Shown piece after piece: positions 36,855 to 52,547 of a stretch of 64,000 bases of DNA. The translations under genes were made by a program, and so were the position numbers. Position 1 is the first letter of the stretch. Every line of letters starts with the position of its first letter. Under the pieces are notes generated by a model, which did not search any database, was not told where the DNA came from, and worked only from the letters and a program-made list of their open reading frames with translations. Where the stretch lies: contig OX597814.1 in the NCBI GenBank assembly GCA_951406725.2, positions 64,232,001 through 64,296,000 on the forward strand. Direction: 5' to 3'. The stretch is from Octopus vulgaris. Its lineage: Eukaryota.

Positions 36855-38218
36855 CAAGACTCACTCTTGTTGAATCGTAGATGTGATGGTCACCTCCAGG
36901 GAAAAAATTACTATTACCCATGAACAGAGTGTGAATTGAGCATTGCAGATGAACAAATCACTCCTCAGTTTCACAGTGCTACTTCCGTTTGCAGCTCAAA
37001 GGTGATTCTGATGGGGTGGAGGTTTATTCTTTAGTCAGTTATATCTTGGTTACAAATTGTAGTTTAGTTGTTTTTGGCTGATTGCAAGTTAATGAAACAC
37101 AGTGCTAAAGATTAGAAACAAATTCCTTACACATCCGCCTATAGTATGACACTTGTAACCTAGCAGTCCCATCTTCTCTTTCTCTCTCTCTTTCTTCCTC
37201 TCCTTCCTTCTCTCTCTCTTTTCCTCTCCTTCTTTCTCTCTCTTCTTTCTCATTCTTTCTCTTTCTCATTCTTTCTCATTTTTTCACTCTCATTCTTTCT
37301 CTTTCCCTCTTTCATCCTCTCTTATAATATAACTAAATCGAAAATAGTAGACCTTGCATTGTTTTCTTTTTTAAACAACGGTACATGTCTTGTTATTTGA
37401 GTTTTTTCTTTTACATTTGTTGAACCACCCACTACTATCATCAACAAAGTTGATATCCTTACAGAAGTGGTCACTCATTCTGTTGCTGGTGCATTGAGTG
37501 AGCCTTGACACTTGAGTCTTCAAATAAAGCCCACTTGTGCTAGACCTGCCCCTGAGTTCAAGTTGAACTAAACTGTAAATAAACAAAACACTTATGCTAA
37601 AGATTACTGCTGGTCGTTTGTGACAACGGTGTTGAGGGGGTGGTAGATGTGGCGATATAGCTGTTGGGAGGCTGGGGTGGTGATGATGGTAACGAAGGAG
37701 GCGGTTGTGTCGGCGGCGGTGACGGTGGCAGCAGCGGTTGTTGTTGTTGTTGTTGTTGCCGTCGTTGTTGTTGTTGTTGTTGTTGTTGTGATGGTGGTCG
37801 TGGTGGCTGTGATGGTGATGATGGTGGTGATAATGGTGGTAGAGGTTACGACGGCTGTAAATTTGTTGATGTAGTTAATGCTATAGTTGCTGGAGGTTAT
37901 GGTGGTGTTCGTTGTTGATATTGGTAGTAGTAAGGGCGTTAGTCGAATTACTGATGTTATTATTGTTGTCTGTAACACAGATGGTGTGTTAAAGCCGGTA
38001 CTGTTGTTAATGCTGTTGTTGGTAAGAATATTGTTATTGATGATATTGTAGTTGTTGCAAATGTTGTTATATTAGTGGTGTTGGGGTGATGTTGGTGATA
38101 GTAATAGTAGCTAAGAGGGTGGTAGATTCACTGTGTTATTACTGAGTATATTGTTCTAGTTGCTGGTGATGGTGCCGATTCTGCATTACAGAGTTAGAGT
38201 AAATAGTTTCACTGTATC

Positions 38219-38655
38219 AAGGCGGCGCGCTGGCAGAAACGTTAGCACGCCGGGCAAAATGCTTAGCGGTATTTCAGCTGTCTTTAGGTTGTGAGTTCAA
38301 ATTCCACCGAGGTCGGCTTTGCCTTTTATCCTTTCAGGGTCGATAAATTAAGCACCAGTTGCGTACTGGGATCAATCTAATCGACTGCTCCCCCACCAAA
38401 AGAAATTTCGGATCTTGTGCTTAGAGTAGAAATGTATATTTTCACTGTATCACAGTCATTAAGGCGGTGAACAGGCAAAATCTTTTGCACACGGAGCAAA
38501 AATGCTTTCCGGCGTTTCGTCTGTCTTTACGTTCTGAGTTCAAATTCCACCGAGGTCGACTTTGCCTTTCATCCTTTTGGAGTTGGTAAAATGAGTACCA
38601 GTTAAGTACTCAGGTCGATGTAATCGACTCATCCCCACCTCCCCTAAACTTGTTC
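38219..38655 (+). mobile_element. Two adjacent copies of the AAGGCGGCGAGCTGGCAGAA SINE family
   Basis: 38219-38433 and 38461-38655 share GTTCTGAGTTCAAATTCC..GAGGTCGACTTTGCCTTTCATCC; further copies at 50388-50602(-), ~53083-53267(-) and 58073-58250(+). Confidence 0.85.
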
Positions 38656-39766
38656 CATACAGCTTTGGTCATCAAGTTCTTTTGTTTAACCAGGACTTAT
38701 CTAATATGACCTTCCTTATTTTAAGGTATCGTGACATCATAACATATCTCCTATTTCTAGTATGTCCAGAGACCATGTAATCGCTGAAGGAATGACAGCG
38801 ACTTAATGTTTCTAGTATTTAGGTAATGTGGTAGTGTTGTTGTTTATTGGTGGCAGTGACTGCAGCGGCAGCAGTGGTGCTATAGTTGGCTGCGGCAGTA
38901 GCGATGGTTGTGATGGTAGCAGCGGTGGCAGTGCGGTGTTGATGGTAGCGGTGGCAGCGGTGATAGTGATTGTGGTGTTGATGAAGGTGACGTTGATGAC
39001 GGTGGCAGCAGTAGTGCTAATGTTGTTGTTGTTGCTGTTGATAGTGGTGGTAACGGTGGTGGTGTCGGTGTTGTTGTTGGTGGTGGCGGTGGTGGTGGTG
39101 GTGGTGGTGGTGGTAGTGGTGGTGGTAATGGTGGTGGTGGTTGACAGTGGTGAAGCACTAACCGTTGTGTTCATGGTAGCTGATTGCAGAAACTGAGTGT
39201 CAATACTGTAGTTTTTCTTGTTCAGACAAAGGGGACAGCTTTGATAAAGCAGTTTCTGATTAAAGGCTCCGATCACGGATTTTCGTCCTTTGTCAAGAAA
39301 CAGGAGAAAAAAAAACGGTAACAGTTCTACAGTAGACGAAACACGTCAGAAATGACCGACTAAAGTAATAGACCGAAATGTTCTTTCACAGAAGTTTTAG
39401 TCAAGGGAGATAAAAAAATTGAGCTCTTTTAAACGTATGTGTGTGTGTGCGAACATTTTGATTAATAAGTTATGTTTGGTAGAAGTTTTGATGGGAACGT
39501 TTCACCAGTATTCCTTGTACTGACTGTATTTGTGTATATGTGTGTCTGTATGAATGAATAAGTGAAAAAATGTATGTATGAATGAATGTACGTACGTATT
39601 TACGAATGTATGTATGAATGGATGGATGCATGCATGCATATATTGGCTTTGATCAATTCGAAGAGAACAATCTATAGCACTTCACTGATTAGACAAAAAC
39701 CAATCGGCTCCAGATGTTTAATGTATGTGGCGTGTGTCTGTGTATGTGTATGTTAGTGCGTGTATA

Positions 39767-39815
<49 letters not shown>

Positions 39816-39921
39816 GCATGTACATATATATAGATATATTTCCATATCTATCTATATACATGTGTATGCGTGTGTTTGCAAATATGTGCTCGCACATACG
39901 CCTCTACACATACACACACAT

Positions 39922-39967
<46 letters not shown>

Positions 39968-40591
39968 GCATACATACATACATAATACATAACATATATC
40001 TGTATATATATATATGTGTGTGTGTATGTATGTATGTATATTCAAGATGATCTTAGTATCTATAGTATTGGCAGCAGATTAAAAAACATGATAAAGCACC
40101 ACTCTACAAGACTCCAACAGCAATGATGCTACTATCGGAATGGTTTGAAATATTTTGATAAAGTGATAAAACTTTGGCAGATTAAGAATTCATTCATAGA
40201 AGAACATAGTGTCACCCACTATCTAAATTTTGTTATTTTATATTTTGTCCTTTATTTATTCAATTTTATTTTCATTTTTATTTTTCTTAATGTGATTGCC
40301 AAGGAAATATTTTTGTGATGGCACCGAGAAATGGGAGGAATTTAAGATGCCAGTTCTTCAAGTATGCTGCAGCATTTCGAAAGTTGTTTATGCATGTCTG
40401 TATGAATGAAAATGGAATATCTGTGCATTTGCAAAGTGGTGAATACATACATCTTTCTGTTTATACTCATACTCACATAGATGCACTCTCATCCACTTTG
40501 CACTTGCATATGCAAACTTATATTATATATATATATAAGTACATGTATTTATCTATGTGTCTGCCTTCCTGTCTGTCTGTCTGCCTACCTG

Positions 40592-40692
<101 letters not shown>

Positions 40693-40772
40693 AAATCTAT
40701 CTATTTACCTTTATATATATATATATATATATAAATAATAATAATAATGATAATAATAATAATGATAATAAC

Positions 40773-40821
<49 letters not shown>

Positions 40822-41099
40822 TCTGGGATTCCAGGATGGAATTTATAAATATTCTACGCGCGATTCTACAAGTCACATGACTTTTACATCAGGGTCCGTG
40901 TCCTTGAGATGAGTACAAATTATAAATTCTATCCTAGAATTATTATTATTATTATATTCATCCTACATTACATCGGTATAACCATGATGCAACCCCTAAA
41001 CACTGACTCACTAGTCAGTATCATTAGACGGTAGCCGGCATAATGAAATAGGAGCTTTATTTGTATACCCTTAACGTTACCACAAACGAATGTAAAAGA

Positions 41100-41159
<60 letters not shown>

Positions 41160-42149
41160 CATACATGTATGTATATATCAAGCAACTAATTGAATATATA
41201 ATCTATACTCATGCAAATAGTTATATATTTTTGTACATAAACAAGCACACACACACATACACACATATATACATACATATATACATACATGTATGTATAT
41301 ATATTTACACACACACACACAAATATATATATATATATAGTAGTCTCACTCCTCTCCTCCTCCTCCTCCTCATCCTCTGACACTGATTCTTTCTCATTGT
41401 GTGTGTGTACTGTTCAGTTATTCATTGCCTTCATCAAAGTCTAGTATATGCATTCTTTGTGCTCCTTTTATGTTAATTCTGTTTTTCTCTTCTACCTTCA
41501 TACCCCGCTCTCTCTCTCTTCCTTCCCCCGCTCTCTCTCTCTCTCTCTCTTTCTCACTTCCCTCTCTCTCTCTCTCTCCCTCTCTCTCTCTCTCTCACTG
41601 TACGATATAAAACGTCACTGGAGAAATCATCCAACCGACTAGCATTTATAAAGGCAATCAACTACATAAGTAATTTAGATACAGTATGTACATACGCACA
41701 TGTGTGTATGCATGTGTGTGTGTGCATGTGAGTGTGCGTACGTATGTATCTAAGTATTTAAGTACAAGCAGTATCTTAAGTACTTATATATTTTATATAT
41801 ATGTCATACCCTGCTTTATGCCAAGCCAGCATTAAGCGACAAGCGCAAATACTTTCTAAAATGCCCGTTATCATAGTTTCTGGAGTTGCACTTCGATTAA
41901 AAACGTCGTGTGGATCATAACCTTTGTTATGTAAATATTGCTATTTGGAGGTTTCATAACGTTTCATAATTAGAAATACCTAACTTGAAGGATTTAAAGG
42001 CAAAACAGAAAAACATTAAGATTATGACTAAGAATGCTCGTAAAAGGTGATGAAGACGTATTTCCCAACAGCAGTTTTAATCACCCTTTCTTTCGCTTTT
42101 CCTAAGCTTTATATTCTAGTAGTTATGAGAAATAAGTTCAATTTCAATT

Positions 42150-42740
42150 TTACGATTTTACAAGCCCAATAGAAATAAATCACATATAGCAATATATGTG
42201 AAAAAATGTTATATGCCTTATCCTATAAACTCTTTTATATTACCTATATATGTGTAAATGATTGATTTTTTCATAAAATGCTTACTTGCCATAAACTGTG
42301 CATGTAACGATGAAGATTAAGTCCCAATAGTATTTTAAATACTATTGCAACTTAATCTCTAGGTACAGGAATCTTATATGTACACCATTCTGCCTAAATA
42401 ATGGAACTGAAGATACAATATCCCTGCATATCTCATGTCTATTTTCATTTCATATCTTATCTAGAATAACTATTGCTTAACCATTTTCTCACACCGTTTC
42501 CGGTGAAGGGATGTATAAAATATCCCGGAAACAGCTGTAACACCTATTTATAAATATTGTGAAATCTTTACAGCCTTGGATTTTATCTCATTCTGTTAAT
42601 TTTTTTATATATACACATACTGCCATATGACCTACGTTGGACTTCCCATTCGCATACTCACCGAACCTGGAGCTTAACTATAGTCTGTCCATACCACTTA
42701 ATCAGCATTACCTGACACTTTGGGGTCTTCTTGACACCAT
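42150..42740 (+). mobile_element. Possible Penelope-like element 3' remnant
   Basis: Degenerate hammerhead-like motif at 42495-42545, preceded by a stretch weakly resembling a GIY-YIG C-terminus (VQESYM). Confidence 0.35.
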
Positions 42741-42766
42741 TACCTATCATAACCTATATATACACG

Positions 42767-42882
<116 letters not shown>

Positions 42883-42935
42883 AATGTATATGTGAGAGTG
42901 TACACGCACGTGTGTATGTGTGTTTGTGGTTTTGA

Positions 42936-45900
42936 TCTATACTACAATTGCGCTATTTACGTCTGTATGTGTTTCTGTGTCAAAAGTTTTGTTACCGAAC
43001 TTCTCCGCAACCACTGGACCGATTTCAACCAAACTTGGCATGAGGAACCGTGCGTACCCCGAGAGTGTCAAAATCTATAGAGGATTCCCGAAAATTAACC
43101 GGCACGGTTCCAGTCTGGTAAATTCCGACAGAACGAATTACCCCTCTCACTATTCTATGACTCTCCTACTATTCCTCATGCTTACTATCCCTTTCTCTTA
43201 TTGAGAACTGTAGTGTGAGGAGCGGTAATTGACAGAATTGCATACAATGTTGCCTCACATAACTCTCTCTCCCTGCTGCATATATTTACTGTTTCTCTTA
43301 ACTCACTCTCTCTTTACCGGTTGCGCACTTTTCCATGTCTCCTTCAGAGTTAATTTGATGTTTCCCTCTCACATATATAATACGTATTGAACTCACTCTC
43401 TCAAACAATGTTACCACTCATAACTCTCTCTCTATCTCTCTCTCTCATACACACACACACACGCACACACACACACACACACATATTTACTACTTCTCTT
43501 ACCTCATTCTCTCTTCACCGGTTGTGTCCCTTCACCGATAGAGACCATTTGTGGTGAAAAACATAAAATACTGTCAGTCTTCGACGAAAATTACAATTAC
43601 ACCATACTCGCTAAATACTATAAGTGCGATTTCTATGTTATTGAATTGCTCTAAATGAATTTTACTATAAAAATGCTGGAAATTTTAGTATTTTTTAAGA
43701 TATTAATATAATTTGTCGGATCTATTTTCATGCCGTCGGGCGTCGGAGCTATTCTTATGTCTGTTTACATCGTTACGTGTATGAATATGTTATTGAATGT
43801 ACTGTCGTCTGATGTGTAGAATTCTCAATGAGTAGGCGTAAAATAAATGAAAATTTCGGAAATTTTTCGCATTCGACTGCATGAAAATAGGTTCGACTAA
43901 TGTTATTATTACCTTAGAAAATACTAAATCTCCGACATTTCTATGGTCAAACTCGTTTAGAGCAATTCGACAACAAAAAAAGCGCACTTTAAAGTAGTGT
44001 TTAGCGAGAGTGGTGTTATTGTAAATAAATACCCAAGGTAAATATTTACAATAAATACCGTGAAAACTTCCCGTTCAGAGAAATTAGCTCAAATACTAGC
44101 TGAATCGTCTCAAAACTTTCACTGTATAATTATCATAAATATTCACGCTTTCAATAGTACACTATACCCAGAAAAATAAAGGGCAACAAGCTGTCCCGAA
44201 AAAATTCCCATTCACAAAAGATCGCTGAGCAAAGACAACAGGGCCTGATAGAGTCAATATTCAAATATGGTCATGCAGTACTGATGAAACAATTGGAATG
44301 TCTCAAGAGTTTAACAATTCACGCCTTAAGGTGGTTGACAAGGAAACTGACACTTACCAAAATGCAAGATACATCTCATCTGGTGAGCCAATTGGGAAGA
44401 TATTCAGATTTTCAATCCATTCCAGACAACCCACTGTCATAAATCTTTCATGCTATTTGAAAAATTAGCAGTCTCTTATTTTTGATGGTGAAAGCCTTGA
44501 GCTTGCAATAAAAACAACTTTGACTGAATTTTTCACATTAAATAAATATGACTCAGACACCAGAGACAAGCTATATGCTGAAATTCCAAAGTATTACACT
44601 TAGAATAAAAAAGAGAAGTGGCAAAAGAGGAAAGAGGAAACAATAATGGAAGATGGAAACTATGAAACCAGTACTATTGGTCGCATTCCAATTGTCGCTT
44701 ACAATGTCCGGCAGAAAGAGTTATATAATTAATGAGAATGCTGCTGCATCACGTCAAAGGTCCCCAATTATACGCTGACTTACGGACTGTTAATGGTGAT
44801 CTATGTTTCAACTACCAAGACGCGTGTACAAAGCTGGATCTTTTACAAGACGATGACCAAATCATTAGAACATTAGTTGAAGCCAAACATCAGTTTCAGC
44901 GACACGTATTTTGTACTGTTCTCCTTACCTGTCGGCCACATGATGCCAAAGATTTATGGGAAAGATAGAAGGATGCATTGTGTGATGACAAATAAAAGGT
45001 AAAACCACGTTGGATAACCAACAGAATTCCGTTACAACGCGGTCCTGCTTTTCATCATAGTAAGATTGGCCAGAGAAGTTACAATGGCAAATCTTGGTCT
45101 TCAAGAACAAGTTTTAGAAAGTAAACTAGAAGTTCTGCCAATGATACCGCAGAAAGAGCTCAATTTTGAGAAAGCTTCTCTCCGTGACCGTGTTTTCGAG
45201 AGGTTTCCAGCACTAAATGCTGAACAGAAGTATATCTTTGATCAAGGTGTTGGATCAGTTATAAACAAGAAAGGAAAAATATAGAACGCAAGCGGTGGCT
45301 CCGGGAAAACTTACGCAATCAATCTGATTCTCGCTGAAGTTCGGTCACAAGATCATATTGGTTTTGTCACTGTAGTCTCTGAAATTTCTGCCACCCTGCT
45401 GGAAAATATGCGAACTTTGCACTCCAGATGCAGTATTTCATTGAGAATTACTGAGGAATCTATGTGCCACATGAAGATAAGTGATTGCAGAGAAAAACTT
45501 TTCCAAAAGGCAAGGCTACTAGTTATTGACGTGGTTACAATGGGTCATAAGCATGTCTATGAATATGTTGATCGCAGTCTCAGAGATGTTAGACATGAAC
45601 CAGATAAGCTGTTTGGCGGTCTAACTGTTTTGTTTTCTGAAGACTGGAAGCAGATCTTGCCCGTAGTGAAAAGCGGTTCCAGAGCCCATATTGTTCATGC
45701 CACATTAAAACAGTCATATATTTGGAACCATGTTCAAATTCTGAAGTCCTCTGTCAATATGAGAGTCCAAAATTCTTGCGTTGATGACACTGCTTTCGCA
45801 TCCTATCTTAACTAGCTGGGGAATGGAACATTTCCTACCAATCAAGAAATTGGTGAATACAAAATATCTGTTCCTCCACCGCATATGATTGACTCTGCAA

Positions 45901-46680
45901 GGCTACAGGACCTTTGTGAAGTGGTCTTCAGGGGTATTGATGAGAAATATAGAGTGGGGCTATGGATGAGCAGTAGAGCCATCATTACTCCTACAAACAA
46001 GGCTGCTAAAGAAGTGAATAAAGTTGTCATGTTGAAACTTCTACAAAGAGATGGCAAAACTTATCGACGCTGTAACGAGAATGAGTTCTCGCTGGAACTG
46101 ATCAATGATCTCAATCCACCACGGTTTCCACCATACATTTTGATTTTGAAGAAGCACTCTTCTATTATGCTGCTCAGAAACCTTGATCCAGCAGGTCATT
46201 GTAACGGAACAAGATATATAGTCTTGAATCTGCACAACCACCTTATTGACGCAGAAGTGGCTAATAGGACACATGCTGGAATTCGAATAATGATACCACT
46301 AATTTCACTGACCACCACTGAAGACTATCCGTTCCCATTTTCCACGAAGCAGTTTCCTCTGAAGCCGGCTTTTAGTATGACATCAAACAAATCCCAGCGC
46401 CAGCCCTTAGGAAAAGTTAGAATTTACCTGCCAACACCTATGTTCAGACATGGCCAGTTCCATGTTGCCAACATGCAGGGTTGGTTCTGGGAACAATGTG
46501 CATATATGGCTTTGAACTCAGGGTATAAGGGTATGAAAGGAATCTACACTGACAAGGTTGTCTATAAGGAAATTCTTTAAGAAAATTATAGTAAGTTTCA
46601 CTTTTTACTTTCAAACTACGAACAAGAGTTTAGATATGTACTAGCGGAATCGATCGCCCGGAGGGCGGTGATTCAGCTAG
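42936..46680 (+). mobile_element. Internally deleted Helitron
   Basis: 5' A|TCTATACTAC; 3' hairpin ATCGCCC-GGA-GGGCGGT then CTAG|T; internal RepHel remnant. Confidence 0.9.
44330..46580 (+). pseudogene. Helitron RepHel C-terminal half (PIF1-like helicase), multiple stops
   Basis: RMLLHHVKGP, SGGSGKT (Walker A), RTLHS, LFGGLTVLFSEDWKQILPVV, MLLRNLDP..CNGTR, QFPLKPAFSMTSNKSQ and VVYKEIL. Confidence 0.9.
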
Positions 46681-46764
46681 TTCATGTTAAGGGAAGTAAT
46701 ATTTAATATTAAAATTGAAGATTTTATATATCAGACTGTTATTAACGTTAAACTTAATGAATTA

Positions 46765-47560
46765 TTAGGTTGTTCCGAAAATAGTGGCCGAATTCAGAAA
46801 TATAATTTTGTTCTGGAAAAATTAACAAAAGAAATTTTTTGATTAGTCAAAGTATGAGTCGTGAACGTCTATGCATCTCTGCTATCGATCAACGAGATTA
46901 TTTATGCTTCGTTGATAAAAACTTATTTGCTTTGATGCTAAGAAACCTTTGAAAGCTGATTCAACTTTGGCTTTGGGAAATGTTTGAGAGAATCATCACG
47001 ATCAAGCCATTGACCTGATCGTTTACGGTTATCATAAGTTATCCCCTTTTCGTCGCAAGTGATTTTTCAGGGAAGAAAAGTATCACTGGTGTTCACAGAA
47101 AGAGCATCGAGCACACTTCAAAACTCCGAACTTTTTGATTTTCCTTGCGCTTATATGGTACTCTTTTATCGAGCTTTTTCACCTTAGCAATCTTCTGCAG
47201 ATTGCGTGAGACCGTTGCAATACCGACACCAAGTGCCCGAGACAATTCTCTGACACTTTGACGTGGGTTTTGTTCAACAATTGCTTTCAATTGTTCATTG
47301 TGAAGACTGCATGACCGTCCTCTACCTTCTTCATCTTCAAGGCTCTCATCACCACTACGGAGTTTCTGAAACCACCTTCGTACTGTGCGATAATTGGTGG
47401 ACCCCCCTCTTCTCATGCTCTGTTGATATTGACAGCAGTTTGGGAGACATTTTGCCCAAGCTTGAACTCATGCAAGAAAAGTAAGCAAAGGTCCTTTTTT
47501 TTTGTCATGTTCATAATTAAGGGCGCCTATGCTTCAAGAATGTTTTCTGACTGAAATAAG
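46765..47560 (-). mobile_element. Decayed mariner transposon
   Basis: TA|TTAGGTTG TIR at 46765; RTVRRWFQKLRSGDESLEDEEGRGR..KKLDKRVPY (degenerate WVPHEL). Confidence 0.8.
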
Positions 47561-50354
47561 TAGAAAATTATTAAAGCGCATACATCAATTATTAAGTATG
47601 TCGAAATTCACCTAATATATTAAGATACTATGATTGCGTTTCAAAACACAAAATTAATGCAAACTGCGTCTCGCTCACTCTGGTTATATAACATAACAGA
47701 ATTAATTGACGTTCAAGCGTTTTCTTGCTCTAGATACATTGAGATGTAGTGCAGAATGATACTTCATACATATAAAACTGATTGTCTTCTTTATGTTGGT
47801 GTTGTTCGTATGCAGATGTGTGCGCGTCTGAGAGAGAGAGGAAATCAGTCAACGAACCATGTTTTCCATAGATCCATCGCTTTAGCTATACAACCCACTC
47901 CACAAACTAAATGCTATAGTACTCATTCCAGTATGCAGTATTTATACAAATATTATATGTCAAGTCAAGACCAATTCCATCACAGGGTGGTGGAAATGCG
48001 CTATAGGAAAACATGTAATCCAGCGTTAACTACCTATGGTAGAGTTGGACTTTCTCAGTGAGGAGTATGTGAGGGTAACAGTAGATTTAACTAAGACATA
48101 ACCTGTCAAATGCGGAAGATCTAGAGAGTCAAAAGCACTCTTATCATACAGGAGAGGCAAATTCCTCCATGATCTACTGAACCCAGTGAATACAGTTAAA
48201 TGAATTACGTTTCATCTTTCCAGAGTCAGTAGAATAATGTCTACCTTGAAAGAATTTAATGGAAGTGAAAATGTATTCCTTAACGAATATGTGATTTCGT
48301 ACTCATGTAACACAGCTACTAGAACTTTTAGCTAAAGTGGTTGTTTGTTAAGTAAATACTCACCCACAAATCTCTATATAATGGATTATGGAAACAAAAG
48401 ATAAGTTCATTTATATATATTCTTTATATCGCATAAAGCTAAATAAATTGCGATGATAAAGTTCTAAGTGTCTACAAAGGTATTTGCTGAGCTTTCGTCT
48501 CAAGGTTTTTGAATAAAATGAGCGGCATACCGGGAATCGCAAATGGCGTAGAAAGATAGTTAAATAACCGTAAAATGGCTGTTGCATGCCAAAAATAACA
48601 TGCAGTCAGCTATTACAACAAAATTTCACGACAAGTAACTCAAAAGAATTTGTGACTTATTATCAGATATGGCATATATTCTTTCGCACTACTTATGTGA
48701 ACTGGAATATTATAGATTAGTATGGTATAGAGATATAGACAAGACTAATTGCGCACCTGGACAAATGATTCATGATCTGATAAATTAATTCATTAACCGA
48801 ATTAGCTTATCTGGTCAGTGATTAGAGAAATTACCTGAATATACAGAGGGAGTAAATTGGTGATGCATATATGACTGTTCTTTTTAGGGAAAGAAGTTGC
48901 GTAACCTGTGAGGATAAAGTAGCTGAAATGTGACAAGTCTGTAACCAACGAAACCTTTTTATTGATCTTATAATGATGCTTAGTGCAACGTATTAGAGTA
49001 GAAGTGGGTCACCCAGCAAAACAGTGCTATCAAAAGGTAGAAGGTGATATATACGAATTGGCGTTGAACTCTGACACAAAATTTAAATTTCCCACGTAAA
49101 ATAGATATTACTATGCTGAAGTTTCTTATGACATGAGCAACAGATTCAGAATAGTGAAATAAGGTATTTCATCCTTCTCTTTTTTTTTTTTTAGTATAAT
49201 CTTCCTTCGCAATGACTTGATTTCTCTCTCTTCCTCCCTCCGTCTCACCCCACCCCCTCTCTCCATCTCCCTCCCTCTCCCTTCCCCCTCTCCTTCTCTC
49301 CACTCCTCATGAGTTTCTATACATGCATACATGTTTGTGAATCTGATTGTGCCTGTGTGCGTATGTATTTGTGTACCTATTTACATATATATGTATGTAT
49401 ATGTGTGTACGTACGTATGTATCTATGTATGTGCGTGTGTGAGCAAATGTGTATAGAGGAATTAATAACAAACATGTGGTTTCTCATAAACTGTCATTAC
49501 TTAAACATGTAGAGTATCTAGTCTGCTATCATGAACAACTCATAAACTAATGTTTTAATATTATTATGACACAACTCTGTAGTCATTCCATATCTGTGCG
49601 TATGCAAGTTATGTGACTACGTGTGCGTATGCGTGATTAGATATGCATACTAATATCCGTCAATTGTGAGTGAAATACGGAAATAAGAGCAACAAATGCA
49701 ATAAATGCCATGTGAGACTTTTTTTGTAGTTAGTATTGGCATATCTCAACTTACGTCGTTTAGATTGACGTCTTCTTCGATTTTACTACTGTTTTTTTTA
49801 TTATTTTTAAGAAATTAAAGGAGAAAAACAAACCTCAAGTTTAGTCTTTTTAACCGATATGACGTCGAAAATAACACCTAATAGTAAATACTGAAGTGGA
49901 AAATCATATAAAAGACATGTAAAAATATGAACAAACCATTTATTAAAACAAATATAAATGCCGTGTTACGTAGTTTTTCGAGTTACGTCTCATGTTTTTG
50001 AACCAAATTCCGATGTATTTTGAGCTATGTTTATATTTAGTTTTCTCCCGTTCCGCGTTTTAAGGATTATATTCTAATCACTTCGAGTTTTCATTGCGTC
50101 TCTCTACAAAATCTTACATCAAAATCAGTACAATACAAACCATTACAAGGCTTAATGCAGTCGATTAAACCACTTTTCTACAAATCTATAGCCCCTTTAT
50201 TTGAAATCATTGTCGTCAACTAAATCTGTTTTGAAGCGAAAAAAATTCATAGCGAAATTTTGTTTATGTTCTGAAATCAAATATTACCGGAGCGGACTTT
50301 TGATTTCATTCATCGGGAGCAATAAAATACGTATCAGTACAGTAATAATGAGAG

Positions 50355-50385
<31 letters not shown>

Positions 50386-50620
50386 GATCCTTTCTACTAT
50401 AGACATGAGATCTAAAATTTTGAAGGGAGAGGGCTTGTCGATAACATCGACCTCAATACACGGCTGGTACTTATTTCATCGTCCCTGAAATACTGAAAGA
50501 AAAGTCAATCTCGGGGGAATTTGAACTCAGAACTTGAAGACGCACGAATTAACCTAAGCGTTTTTGTCCGGCGTACTAACGATTCTGCCAGCTCGCCGCC
50601 TTAGCAGTAGCAGCAGCATC

Positions 50621-50723
<103 letters not shown>

Positions 50724-51278
50724 ACAATAGCAACAACGACAGAAGTAATATTACTGATTATAGAGCACAAACATAGCTCCAATAATATCAGAAAGAATAA
50801 ACTTGGAATGAAAGATATTTTTGATAAGAGCAGAGCGATCATATAAAAGCTTATATTGCTGTTAAGATCAATTACTGGCTCACAAAGACGTAAATAATGA
50901 CAGTACACTGAGAAAGAAGAATCTTAATTGACGGCAAAAAGCGTTGATCGACTGCTTAAAGCTATTCAACAGTGCCTGCATGTAAATTTTGAAAGCATTA
51001 GCCAATAGTGTAGTGGCGCCATTAATAAACAGATACGTTAAACAGATAATGAATAAATGGCACGCAATTCTACAGATACAGACAAAAGAAAAGATTTTTT
51101 TAATTAACTTTTTCTCCTCAGTAAGTGGAATATTCCAAAGAGGCTCTCTCTCTCTCTCTGTTGCTCACTCTGTCTTTCTCTCAGTCTCTCTCTTTGTCTC
51201 TGTCGCTCACTCTGTCTTTCTCTCAGTCTCTCTCTTTGTCTCTGTCGCTCTCTGTCTGTCTGTCTGTCTGTTTCTCTC

Positions 51279-51327
<49 letters not shown>

Positions 51328-52267
51328 AGTCCTTTTCAACCTTAGTATGTAAAGCCAGGAAGGACTCAGATACTGTTCATACGGGATAGGAATCAATTAA
51401 TTTTTATATATAGACGATTTCAAGTAATATAATGTAAATTATAAACAACTAGAAACATTGTTAATGATAGCTAACAGTTTCATTATAGCAATTAATATGA
51501 CCTTTGAGTGAGAAAAATTAATCAATGTAACCTGGAACAGAAAATTAATTATGTACAATACTACTATACTAGATAAAGGAACAATTGTAATAGAAACATA
51601 ACAAAGGAATCAATAAATTACACAAAAACAACACTCGCTAGAACGTTTGATAGAAATATTACAGGTACAATAAATTAATATTTAAAAGAGAGCTAAATGT
51701 AAAGAGGAAAAATGTAGTTTGCTACAATATGTTACCTGTCCCAGTAATAAACAAAATTAGAATATTCGCAACGGAGAGATAAATGAACTAGTAACATTAG
51801 ACAGAATAAAAGGAAAATAATGACTGCATAGAGAATACACTATCCAAATCTCACATAGAAGATTATATTTATCTTAGTGATGTTGATACACTGATATAGA
51901 AGGAATAAAACAATTATAAAATATTCAAAGTAGGATCAGAAAAGTATCGTGTAAAAGAGAATAGAAAACTACTGGCAACAGTTTTCTAACCATAAGGAAG
52001 CCAAGAAAAACAAATAGCGGCACAAAAGATAGGCAGTTGTAAGGAGAAACGAGAAACAAGAGAAGAAATTATCAAAACCTAAATACTAAGTTACAATGTG
52101 ACTACAGAATACCATGATAAAGAGATGGCAAGAAAATCCCATTTGGCCAATACGATGGAAATAAGCAAACCAAACGAGCTGGAAGTAAACAAAGAAATAT
52201 CGCAAAGCAGAAACTCAAGAATTCTTGATTGTGCCAAATAATAGCAATAACTGCCTTAACAACTGCA

Positions 52268-52269
52268 TA

Positions 52270-52334
<65 letters not shown>

Positions 52335-52337
52335 AAT

Positions 52338-52399
<62 letters not shown>

Positions 52400-52437
52400 T
52401 TACTACTACTACTACTGATAATAATAATAATAATAAT

Positions 52438-52515
<78 letters not shown>

Positions 52516-52516
52516 A

Positions 52517-52547
<31 letters not shown>

